Below are positions 10,488 to 18,284 of a stretch of DNA of 64,000 nucleotides, one piece after another (the first letter of the stretch is position 1; each line of letters begins with the position of its first letter). The position numbers were made by a program, and so were the translations under genes. Source of the DNA: Bacteroides sp. (GTDB lineage Bacteria; Bacteroidota; Bacteroidia; Bacteroidales; Bacteroidaceae); assembly GCA_015060705.1 (NCBI GenBank), contig SUXY01000001.1, positions 6,525 through 70,524 of the forward strand, read 5' to 3'. The notes under the pieces were generated by a model. It made no database searches. It had not been told where the DNA came from and saw only the letters and a program-made list of their open reading frames with translations.

Positions 10488-10529
10488 AAAATAGTCCTTG
10501 TTGGAATTTTCCTTCAAGGACTATTTTTT
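10488..10529 (+). terminator. Intrinsic terminator after ridA-DUF3805
   Basis: AAAATAGTCCTTG ... CAAGGACTATTTT inverted repeat followed by a T tract. Confidence 0.75.
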
Positions 10530-10555
10530 AATAACTGCCTTACTGCCTTACTGCC
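10530..10555. repeat. Heptamer tandem repeat (ACTGCCT-type, ~3 copies); left arm of an inverted pair
   Basis: AATAACTGCCTTACTGCCTTACTGCC; 18/19 reverse-complement match to 12659-12677. Confidence 0.8.
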
Positions 10556-10630
10556 CGAGAAGATTTATGCCTGCTGCTATATAGCCATTCAATTAATTGT
10601 ATATCTTTGCATATACTAAACCAAGATATC

Positions 10631-11133
10631 ATGGAAAAAGTCGTGAAACAACATAAAAAGTCAATCCGATTCTTTAACGACCGAGAAGTGCGGGCTGTTT
10701 GGGATGAAGAACATGCCAAGTGGTGGTTCTCTGCTACCGATATTGTGCGTGCCATCAACAACGAAGATGACTACACCAAAAGCCGTAACTATTGGAAGTA
10801 TCTGAAAGGGAAGCTACAGAAAGCGGGATTCCAACTGGTTAGTGCTACTAACCAGTTCAAATTCGAAGCTCCTGATGGTAAAATGAGAACAGGTGATGTG
10901 CTCGACGCAGAAGGCGTACAGATTGTGGCCAAGAACTATCCTTATAACCGTGCAAGTGCTTTTCTTGATTGGTTTGTATATAGTGACAACAGTGTTGACG
11001 GACAAAGCAAGAAAAAGGCTTATACACTTATATCAAAAAACTGCTACAAGGAGCCATGACCAACTTGATTGAGGACCGCGAAATGTTTATGAAGGGAATA
11101 GACTACTCCTATTATTATGAACAGATAGATTGA
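10631..11133 (+). pseudogene. fic: BRO-N/Fic fusion gene remnant; internal deletion has removed the Fic catalytic core
   Basis: 10631-11059 encodes a BRO-N-like domain (SIRFFNDREVRAVWDEE..WWFSATDIV) ending at SKKKAYTL. After ~11030 a different frame reads IKKLLQGAMTNLIEDREMFMKGIDYSYYYEQID*, the typical C-terminus of class III Fic proteins. No HPFxxGNGR motif lies between. A TATCTTTG promoter element remains at 10602-10609. Confidence 0.8.
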
Positions 11134-11188
11134 TTACTAATATGAGGAACTTTGACTGCCTAAGACAAGTTTTCATGGAACCATTTTA

Positions 11189-11218
11189 ACCTCCCCCTTG
11201 TGAAGGGGGAGATTTTTT
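11189..11218. terminator. Intrinsic terminator hairpin between the fic remnant and the small Cys-rich ORF
   Basis: CTCCCCCTT-GTG-AAGGGGGAG followed by ATTTTTT. Confidence 0.75.
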
Positions 11219-11262
11219 AGCAAAACTAAAATGATATAAATGAAATGTTTGTGTTGTGTGGT

Positions 11263-11418
11263 TTAACTCCCCAAATCGCTTCCTTTACTCCGATTGTTTT
11301 TGCTCGGAGAACGGCAACACAGTTTACATTTACCATTACCGCACGGGCAACACCTCATGGGTGGTTTCCCCGCACTGAATCCGTTGATTGGTACGGATAC
11401 CTTGATTGTTCTTTTCAT
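11263..11418 (-). CDS. Putative 51-aa cysteine-rich small protein (below the ORF-track cutoff)
   Basis: MKRTIKVSVPINGFSAGKPPMRCCPCGNGKCKLCCRSPSKNNRSKGSDLGS*. A-rich start context (AAAACATCAGAATT-ATG), upstream promoter, downstream hairpin. Confidence 0.45.
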   Translation of the reverse strand: MKRTIKVSVPINGFSAGKPPMRCCPCGNGKCKLCCRSPSKNNRSKGSDLGS

Positions 11419-11455
11419 AATTCTGATGTTTTACGGTTTGTGATTGATCAATCTG

Positions 11456-11487
11456 CAAGCCTAAGTAAGGAGAAAATAGAATACAAA
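11456..11487 (-). promoter_or_regulatory. Bacteroidetes sigmaA promoter pointing into the small Cys-rich ORF
   Basis: TTTG (11487-11484), 20-nt spacer, TAGGCTTG (11463-11456; one mismatch to TAnnTTTG). Confidence 0.55.
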
Positions 11488-11513
11488 AAGACGTTTCTTC
11501 CAACTATTTTTTT

Positions 11514-11582
11514 CGCAATCGTTATCGGAAACGTTATCGAAATTCGCAAACGTTATCGATAACGTTATCGGAAACGTTTTCG
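11514..11582. promoter_or_regulatory. Array of five overlapping LacI-type operator pseudo-palindromes
   Basis: CGCAATCGTTATCG (11514), CGGAAACGTTATCG (11526), CGCAAACGTTATCG (11545), perfect palindrome CGATAACGTTATCG (11557), CGGAAACGTTTTCG (11569). Central CG typical of LacI/GalR sites; immediately upstream of a LacI gene. Confidence 0.75.
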
Positions 11583-11628
11583 AAACTAAAAAGAACCATG
11601 AATAATAATCATTTAATCTAATAAAAAC

Positions 11629-12660
11629 ATGAAACATACCACTACTCTAGCAGACATAGCCAAGAAACTAAACCTTTCTATCCCAACGGTTTCCAGAGCT
11701 TTGCGTGGTGATGATCTTAACATCAGTGAGAAAACTAAAAAACGGGTCTTGCGTACAGCCAAACGCATGGGGTACAAGCGCAATGAAATGGCTGCCAATC
11801 TTCGCAAAAATTGTACCCGTACTGTCGGAATTATCGTACCGGAAGCGGTCAATTTCTTCTTCATGAAATTCATCTTCCATGCCCAGGAATACTTGCAAAA
11901 AGAGGGCTATCGGGTGACATTGGCACAATGCAGTGAAAATGCAGATACAGAAAGAATTAATCTACAGATGATGATAGATTATCGGGTAGACGGTGTAATT
12001 ATTTGTGCTTGTCATAACACGAAGAATATGGATGCCTATAAGGAATTGCTAGATAGAGGAATCCCCTTGGTCTTCTTCGACCGGACAGTCGACGGAATCC
12101 CCGTTTCGAAAGTGAAAATCGATGATTACATGAAGGCTTTTTTCATGGTAGAACACCTCATTCGACAAGGGAAACGACGAATTGTTCACCTCTCAGGCCC
12201 CGATTTTATCCAAAATTCGCACGAAAGAATCCGTGCTTACAAGGATGCCCTCAAAAAATTCAAAATTCCTTTTGAACACATCGTCGAATCGGGAGTCAGT
12301 TTTGAAGACGGTGAGAAAGCCATGGAAGCGCTCATACACAGCGGATTACAATTCGATGCCGTCTTTTGCTTCACGGAAAATGCTGCCCTTGGTGCCAAAC
12401 ATGTTTTGCAACGACATCATGTAGAAATACCGCAAAATGTGGCTATTTGTTGCGTTTCGGGCACACAATTATCGACGTTGGTCTACCCGAAAATGACTGC
12501 AATCGAGCAACCGGTGCAGCTTATGGCGAAAAAGTCGGTGGAATTGATGCTTGAAAAATTGAATAATCCGAACGCAAAAGAACAAGAAGTCTTTTTGAAA
12601 GCAATGATGATTGTTAGAGAATCGACTGATAATCAGTTGGATAGAAATAATGGATATTAG
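11629..12660 (+). CDS. LacI/GalR family transcriptional regulator
   Basis: TTLADIAKKLNLSIPTVSRAL HTH, MGYKRNEMAANLR hinge helix, periplasmic-binding-type effector domain, C-terminal IVREST. Confidence 0.95.
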   Translation: MKHTTTLADIAKKLNLSIPTVSRALRGDDLNISEKTKKRVLRTAKRMGYKRNEMAANLRKNCTRTVGIIVPEAVNFFFMKFIFHAQEYLQKEGYRVTLAQCSENADTERINLQMMIDYRVDGVIICACHNTKNMDAYKELLDRGIPLVFFDRTVDGIPVSKVKIDDYMKAFFMVEHLIRQGKRRIVHLSGPDFIQNSHERIRAYKDALKKFKIPFEHIVESGVSFEDGEKAMEALIHSGLQFDAVFCFTENAALGAKHVLQRHHVEIPQNVAICCVSGTQLSTLVYPKMTAIEQPVQLMAKKSVELMLEKLNNPNAKEQEVFLKAMMIVRESTDNQLDRNNGY

Positions 12661-12677
12661 GCAGTTAGGCAGTTATT
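12659..12677. repeat. Heptamer repeat; right arm, inverted relative to 10530-10548
   Basis: AGGCAGTTAGGCAGTTATT, whose reverse complement is AATAACTGCCTAACTGCCT. Confidence 0.75.
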
Positions 12678-12799
12678 TTTTTTGAGTATTACGACGATAT
12701 CCTGAGAAGAAAAATTAAAGAATTAATTTCCTTTAAATCGATGGTTATTTCGACGAAAAACTTTTTCTTTGTAAATGCGTAATTAAAAAGAACCATGTT

Positions 12800-13339
12800 A
12801 TGATTGATGATATTTTAAAGTACAACCAGGAGTTCGTAGCCAACAAGGGGTACGAGAAGTTTATCACCAACAAATATCCGGACAAGAAGATTGCCATTCT
12901 TTCTTGTATGGATACCCGACTGACCGAATTACTACCCGCTGCACTGGGGGTGAAGAATGGCGATGTAAAGATGATTAAAAATGCCGGAGGTATTATCTCG
13001 CATCCATTCGGTAGTGTGATCCGTAGTCTGTTGGTAGCAATATATGAGCTAGGGGTGACCGATGTCATGGTAGTGGCCCATAGCGATTGTGGGGCTTGCC
13101 ACATGAGCGCCGAACAAATGATAGAACACATGAAAGCGCGTGGCATTCATCAGGAAACCATTGACATGATACGCTATTGTGGGGTGGATTTCGAAAAATG
13201 GCTTTATGGCTTCGGCGATACGGAAAAATCGGTCCGTGAAACGGTGGATGCCATTGTCAACCACCCGCTGATTCCTCACGATATCCAAGTGCATGGGTTC
13301 ATCATCGATTCGCATACCGGTGAATTGAGTCGGATCTGA
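12800..13339 (+). CDS. Beta-class carbonic anhydrase
   Basis: Zn ligands in SCMDTR and HSDCG; KNAGG. Confidence 0.93.
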   Translation: MIDDILKYNQEFVANKGYEKFITNKYPDKKIAILSCMDTRLTELLPAALGVKNGDVKMIKNAGGIISHPFGSVIRSLLVAIYELGVTDVMVVAHSDCGACHMSAEQMIEHMKARGIHQETIDMIRYCGVDFEKWLYGFGDTEKSVRETVDAIVNHPLIPHDIQVHGFIIDSHTGELSRI

Positions 13340-13345
13340 CATAAG

Positions 13346-13371
13346 AAAAGGGGCCGTTTAGCCCCTTTTTA
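13346..13371. terminator. Bidirectional terminator
   Basis: AAAAGGGGC-CGTTTA-GCCCCTTTTT between convergent genes. Confidence 0.75.
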
Positions 13372-13372
13372 T

Positions 13373-15241
13373 TTATCCTTCTATTTCGCTCAATTCCAAC
13401 CACCGCAAGGTCTTTTCATCAATCAGATCATTGAGTTCCGGCAAGCGTTTGGATTTTTCGGTAAGTTCATCGACCGATAGGGTACCGCTACAAAGGGCAG
13501 CTTCGATATCGGCTTTCTCCTGTTCCAGTTCTGCAATCAGCGACTCCAGTTGCTCGAATTCCTTCTTTTCCTTGAAAGTCATCCTGCGCTTGTCATTCAG
13601 ACGGACACGGGAAGTCTTTTCTTCCTTCGGCTTTTCCTGTTCTTTCTCGTGTTGCTCCTTGGCCTCTTTCCAATCACGATAGTGGGTATAGTTGCCCGGG
13701 AAATCGCGGATATCACCTTGGCCTTTGAACACCAACAAGTGGTCTACTACCTTGTCCATGAAATAGCGGTCGTGACTCACCACAATCACGCATCCCTTGA
13801 AGTTCTGCAAGTATTCTTCCAATACCTGAAGGGTAATGATGTCCAAATCGTTGGTCGGTTCGTCGAGCACCAGGAAGTTAGGATTACGCATCAAGACCGT
13901 ACAAAGGTACAGACGACGCTTTTCGCCACCGCTGAGCTTGTACACATAGTTGTGCTGCTGCTCCGGAGTGAAGAGGAAATGCTGGAGGAATTGCGAGGCA
14001 GTCAGCTTTCTGCCACCACCCAACTCGATGACTTCGGCAATGTCCTGAATCACATCGATGACCTTCATCTGCTCATCGAACTTCAAGCCTTCTTGCGAAT
14101 AATAACCGAAACGGACGGTCTCGCCAATGTCGAGGGTACCGGAATCGGGCTTGTGTTCTCCCATCAGAATCTTGATGAAGGTGGATTTTCCGGTTCCATT
14201 GTTGCCGACAATACCCATCTTTTCGTAACGGGCAAAGATGTAGGAGAAATCGTCCAGAATCTTCAAGTCGCCGAAACTCTTGTACAAATGCTCGGCTTCG
14301 AAAATCTTCGAACCGATATACGATGCCTTGACATCCAACTTGACATTGCGATTGTCAAAGCGTTGCTTAGCTACTTTTTCCAATTCATAAAAGGCTTCTT
14401 CGCGATAGCGGGCCTTATGTCCACGGGCTTGCGGCATACGGCGCATCCACTCCAGTTCCGTACGATAGAGGTTGTTGGCACGGACGATTTCTGCATTGGT
14501 GGCATCAATCCGTTCCTGACGCTTTTCCAGGTAATAGCTATAATTGCCTTTATACGAATAAATCTGCTTGTTGTCTATCTCGATGATTTCGGAGCAGACT
14601 CTATCCAAGAAATAGCGGTCGTGAGTAACCATGAGCAGACTCAGTGTACCGCGACTCAGATAACCTTCCAGCCATTCGGTCATTTCCAGGTCGAGGTGGT
14701 TGGTAGGTTCGTCCAAAATCAGGAAATCGGGTTCGGTAATCAAGACATTCGCCAACGCTACACGCTTCAACTGTCCACCCGAGAGATGCTTGATCTGCTG
14801 GTTGAAATTGCGGATTTTCAATTGGGAAAGAATCTGCTTGGCCTTGCGTTCATAGTCCCAAGCCTTTTCTTGTTCCATACGGGCGAGGAGGTCTTCCAAT
14901 CCCGGATTTCCTTCCGTCTCCATGCACTTTTCGTATTCCTTGATGAGTTGGACAATCGGAGTTCCGTGATAGAAACAGGCTTCGAGTACGGTCAGTTCTT
15001 CCGGATAGTGCGGATCTTGTTCCAGATAACCCACACGCAAATCCCGACGATAGACAATCTTGCCTTCGTCGTAACCTTCCTTTCCGCTCAAGATACTCAA
15101 AAGGGTAGTCTTTCCGCTTCCGTTCTTGGCAATCAAACCGATGCGTTGTCCTTCGGCTACTCCGAAGTTGATCTTCTCGAACAAAACCAAATCGCCGAAC
15201 GACTTGGTCAGTCCTTCTACTTGTAAATAGGGGTTTGCCAT
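13373..15241 (-). CDS. ABC-F family ATPase (Uup/YfmR-like)
   Basis: Two ABC domains (AKNGSGKT/LSGGQ/LDEPTNHLD and GNNGTGKS/LSGGE/LDEPTNDLD), no TM segments, C-terminal coiled coil. Confidence 0.92.
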   Translation of the reverse strand: MANPYLQVEGLTKSFGDLVLFEKINFGVAEGQRIGLIAKNGSGKTTLLSILSGKEGYDEGKIVYRRDLRVGYLEQDPHYPEELTVLEACFYHGTPIVQLIKEYEKCMETEGNPGLEDLLARMEQEKAWDYERKAKQILSQLKIRNFNQQIKHLSGGQLKRVALANVLITEPDFLILDEPTNHLDLEMTEWLEGYLSRGTLSLLMVTHDRYFLDRVCSEIIEIDNKQIYSYKGNYSYYLEKRQERIDATNAEIVRANNLYRTELEWMRRMPQARGHKARYREEAFYELEKVAKQRFDNRNVKLDVKASYIGSKIFEAEHLYKSFGDLKILDDFSYIFARYEKMGIVGNNGTGKSTFIKILMGEHKPDSGTLDIGETVRFGYYSQEGLKFDEQMKVIDVIQDIAEVIELGGGRKLTASQFLQHFLFTPEQQHNYVYKLSGGEKRRLYLCTVLMRNPNFLVLDEPTNDLDIITLQVLEEYLQNFKGCVIVVSHDRYFMDKVVDHLLVFKGQGDIRDFPGNYTHYRDWKEAKEQHEKEQEKPKEEKTSRVRLNDKRRMTFKEKKEFEQLESLIAELEQEKADIEAALCSGTLSVDELTEKSKRLPELNDLIDEKTLRWLELSEIEG

Positions 15242-15243
15242 GA

Positions 15244-15846
15244 TTATCCTTTCAGACTTTGATTAATACTATCAATATAGTCCAGAATCTCCATGCGGCC
15301 GGTCTTCTTTTCCGAAGAAGAAACAAATACCGGTGGAAGTTCTTCCCACTGTTCACTCAATTTATTCATATAGGCATCCACACTGGCCTTCGCCTTGCCG
15401 ACACTCAACTTATCGGCTTTCGTAAAGATGATAGAGAAGGGGACACCATTCTCGCCCAGCCATTCGAAAAATTCCAAGTCGATTTTCTGTGGTTCTAGAC
15501 GGATATCGATCAGCACGAATAGATTGATGAGCTGTTCGCGTTCGAGCACATAGTCTTCAATGATTTTCTGAATCTTTTCCACTTGTTTCTTGCCACGGGC
15601 AGCATAGCCATAGCCTGGAAGGTCCACCAGGTACCATTCCTTGTTGACCAAAAAGTGATTGATAAGCAAAGTCTTTCCCGGTGTAGCCGAGGTCATGGCC
15701 AACTTAGGCTTCTTGGTAAGCATGTTGATCAAGCTCGACTTGCCCACATTGGAGCGTCCGATGAAAGCATATTCCGGCAGATTGCCTTTCGGGCAAAGGT
15801 CTACCTTGGTGTTACTGATGATAAATTCAGCACTTTTTATTTCCAT
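15244..15846 (-). CDS. yihA: Ribosome biogenesis GTPase YihA/YsxC (EngB)
   Basis: [28 protein letters not shown]. Start corrected to ATG 15846 (MEIKSAEF). Confidence 0.95.
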   Translation of the reverse strand: MEIKSAEFIISNTKVDLCPKGNLPEYAFIGRSNVGKSSLINMLTKKPKLAMTSATPGKTLLINHFLVNKEWYLVDLPGYGYAARGKKQVEKIQKIIEDYVLEREQLINLFVLIDIRLEPQKIDLEFFEWLGENGVPFSIIFTKADKLSVGKAKASVDAYMNKLSEQWEELPPVFVSSSEKKTGRMEILDYIDSINQSLKG

Positions 15847-15951
15847 ACATCTGTGATTTAAAGTAGAAGTATTACTTTTCTTGGGCAAATGTACGGAAAA
15901 ACCCTCAAAAATGCGTAAGTTTGCACGCATTATCACAGAAGAATTCATAGA

Positions 15952-16569
15952 ATGAGCCAACAATATCCTTCCCAGTTACTCGAAAAGGCAGTCGGAGAGT
16001 TTGCCAAGCTCCCCGGTATCGGACGAAAAACAGCCATGCGCTTGGTGCTGCACTTGTTACGGCAGGAGCAAGCTACGGTAGAGACTTTCGGTCAAGCAAT
16101 CATGACTTTGAAACGGGAAGTGAAGTATTGTAAGGTTTGCCACAACATATCGGATACGGAAACGTGTCTGATTTGTGCCAATCCCCGTCGGGATCCTTCG
16201 ACCATCTGTGTCGTGGAAAACGTGCGAGATGTCATGGCGGTGGAAGCGACTCAACAGTTCCAGGGTCTGTATCATGTATTGGGTGGGGTGATTTCGCCCA
16301 TGGACGGCATTGGTCCGTCGGATTTACAGATAGACAGTCTAGTGGAACGGGTAAAGTCGGGCGGAGTGAAGGAAGTGATTCTGGCGTTGAGTTCAACCAT
16401 GGAAGGGGATACCACCAATTTCTTTATCTTCCGGAAGTTGGCCCCGTACGAAGTCAAGATGAGCGTCATCGCCCGAGGCATTTCCATCGGTGACGAGTTG
16501 CAATACACCGATGAAGTGACATTGGGACGCTCCATTGTGAATAGAACATTGTTTACAGGAAATATGTAA
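15952..16569 (+). CDS. recR: Recombination mediator RecR
   Basis: LPGIGRKTA HhH, CKVC...CLIC Zn finger, [22 protein letters not shown] domain. Confidence 0.97.
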   Translation: MSQQYPSQLLEKAVGEFAKLPGIGRKTAMRLVLHLLRQEQATVETFGQAIMTLKREVKYCKVCHNISDTETCLICANPRRDPSTICVVENVRDVMAVEATQQFQGLYHVLGGVISPMDGIGPSDLQIDSLVERVKSGGVKEVILALSSTMEGDTTNFFIFRKLAPYEVKMSVIARGISIGDELQYTDEVTLGRSIVNRTLFTGNM

Positions 16570-16574
16570 AGATT

Positions 16575-17033
16575 ATGAAAGAAAAGATTAAGAAATTATT
16601 ACTCGCACAGAAAGGAAAATTCATTGCCTACTGGACTATTCCAGTATGGTTTGTGGTACTCTATGAAACCGGAGTATGTAACAAAGGTATTCATGCCGGT
16701 AACATACAATTGGAATATATCCTTCAAAGTGTAGGTATCTTATTGACTATCGGCTTGATTCCTTTTGCACTCCGTATCTTCAATTTCAACTTAGTTAAAG
16801 GAATCCGTGAATATCCATTGGAAAGAGCGTTGGCTAGTTACAATTTATGGAGTGACGTCCGCTTGTTCCTTTTAGCAGTTCCTGCTATCCTCAATTTCTC
16901 GTTTTATTATCTGACCATGAACACTACCGGTCTGTTCTGTGGAGCCATGGCTATGTTGGCATCGCTTTTCTGCATACCTTCTGAAAGCCGCATCAAGAAC
17001 GAACTCGACTTGCCGGAAGAAATCAACGAATAA
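16575..17033 (+). CDS. Hypothetical membrane protein (~4 TM)
   Basis: Several hydrophobic segments; in an operon with recR and the GNAT gene. Confidence 0.7.
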   Translation: MKEKIKKLLLAQKGKFIAYWTIPVWFVVLYETGVCNKGIHAGNIQLEYILQSVGILLTIGLIPFALRIFNFNLVKGIREYPLERALASYNLWSDVRLFLLAVPAILNFSFYYLTMNTTGLFCGAMAMLASLFCIPSESRIKNELDLPEEINE

Positions 17034-17560
17034 TGCCTATGGATTTGCTTCAGAAAGACGGATACCGGTTGCGAGCTCCTGAACCGGAAGACTTGGACTG
17101 TATGATGCAGTTCGAGAATACCCCTTCGTTGTGGGAAGTGAGCAATGCTACGGGACCTTATTCGCGTTTCTACCTGAAGCAATACATCGAATCCAACAAG
17201 AACGATCTCTATGCCGACAACCAACTTCGGCTGATGATTGAATCGCCGGAAAAGAAGGTAGTAGGAATTATTGACATCTTCAATTTCGAGCCTTTTCATA
17301 ACCGGGTAGAGGTAGGGATTGTGATTGCCGACTATTCCCGTCGACAAGGCATCGGTTTACTCGCTTTGGAATTGCTCACGAAGCATTGCTTTGATTATTT
17401 GGGTATTCACCAACTATATGCATTCATCGATGTAACCAACGAAGCCTGCCGCCGACTTTTCCAAAAGAGCGGATTCGAGGAGTGTGCCTTATTAAAGGAC
17501 TGGATGCGCACCGGAAAAACCTATCGGGATGTCGTGATGGTGCAACGGTTGAACCGTTAG
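17033..17560 (+). CDS. GNAT (RimJ/RimL/SpeG-like) N-acetyltransferase
   Basis: RLRAPEPEDL, RRQGIG acetyl-CoA motif, NEACRRLFQKSGF. Confidence 0.85.
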   Translation: MPMDLLQKDGYRLRAPEPEDLDCMMQFENTPSLWEVSNATGPYSRFYLKQYIESNKNDLYADNQLRLMIESPEKKVVGIIDIFNFEPFHNRVEVGIVIADYSRRQGIGLLALELLTKHCFDYLGIHQLYAFIDVTNEACRRLFQKSGFEECALLKDWMRTGKTYRDVVMVQRLNR

Positions 17561-18147
17561 TTCATGGAAGGGTATTTGGGATAACGGGACCAAATGGCAT
17601 ATTTACCGCCCAAACCGCACAACGATTCTTGCCACAAATCGCGCAGATACATGCTCAGCAAATCCACCTTACTTTCATTGCTGACCAACCAGGTATTGTC
17701 TTCAATTTCTTGTTTCAACTGACCTTTTTGCCAACCGGCATACCCCATAAAGAAACGAACCACTCCTTGAGTAGGAGCACCGCTCAAGATGTATTCCTGC
17801 ATCTGGTTGAAATCACCGTTCAGATACAATCCATTGCCCAATGGCAAGGCATCTTTCAGATAGGAGAGGGTATGGAGATAAAACAAGGTTTCTCTGCCCA
17901 CCGGTCCCCCTTTATATAAAGGTATAGGCGGCAAGTTTTCCAATGCAGGAACCAGTTCATTCAACGTCGTCAGTCTGTTGAAATTCTTGTTCAGCACAAT
18001 GCCCATGCTTCCTTCTTCATTATGCTCAAGCACCAACACCACCGAACGTGAAAAGTGAAAATCGCGCAAGAATGGTGCAGCAATCAAGAGACCTCCTTGG
18101 CAAGGAAGAACCTTGTTCGATTCAACTTGAAAAACGGTCATGTCCAT
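17557..18147 (-). CDS. YqgE/AlgH family protein
   Basis: FSRSVVLVLEHNEEGSMGIVLNK, GGPV, GYAGWQKGQL. Confidence 0.9.
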   Translation of the reverse strand: MDMTVFQVESNKVLPCQGGLLIAAPFLRDFHFSRSVVLVLEHNEEGSMGIVLNKNFNRLTTLNELVPALENLPPIPLYKGGPVGRETLFYLHTLSYLKDALPLGNGLYLNGDFNQMQEYILSGAPTQGVVRFFMGYAGWQKGQLKQEIEDNTWLVSNESKVDLLSMYLRDLWQESLCGLGGKYAIWSRYPKYPSMN

Positions 18148-18234
18148 AATTATACTGCATTAGATTCGAAAAAACGTACTAATTTACATATTATATCCGA
18201 AAAAGCAAGTAACCGTTGGCTTTTTTATGCATAA

Positions 18235-18262
18235 AAAAGGAGAATGTTTCTACATTCTCCTT
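18235..18262 (-). terminator. Intrinsic terminator for the AKR-polyferredoxin operon
   Basis: AAGGAGAATGT-TTCT-ACATTCTCCTT; the A tract on + gives a U tract on the minus strand. Confidence 0.75.
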
Positions 18263-18284
18263 AAATATATCGTCTAAATATGCC

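Noticed and set aside
11020-11045. Programmed frameshift at the A6 run joining the two fic parts
   Set aside because: Even if joined, the product would lack the whole Fic catalytic core; a deletion explains the junction better.
11245-11562. 105-aa plus-strand ORF upstream of lacI
   Set aside because: No family features; it runs through the operator array and is antisense to a unit that has a promoter and good start context.
11514-11582. Possible CRISPR or iteron array
   Set aside because: Units are 14 bp and overlap, with no spacers and no cas or rep gene; they fit LacI operators better.
13550-15226. 558-aa plus-strand ORF
   Set aside because: Exact antisense shadow of the ABC-F gene with no recognisable motifs; explained by codon bias on the coding strand.
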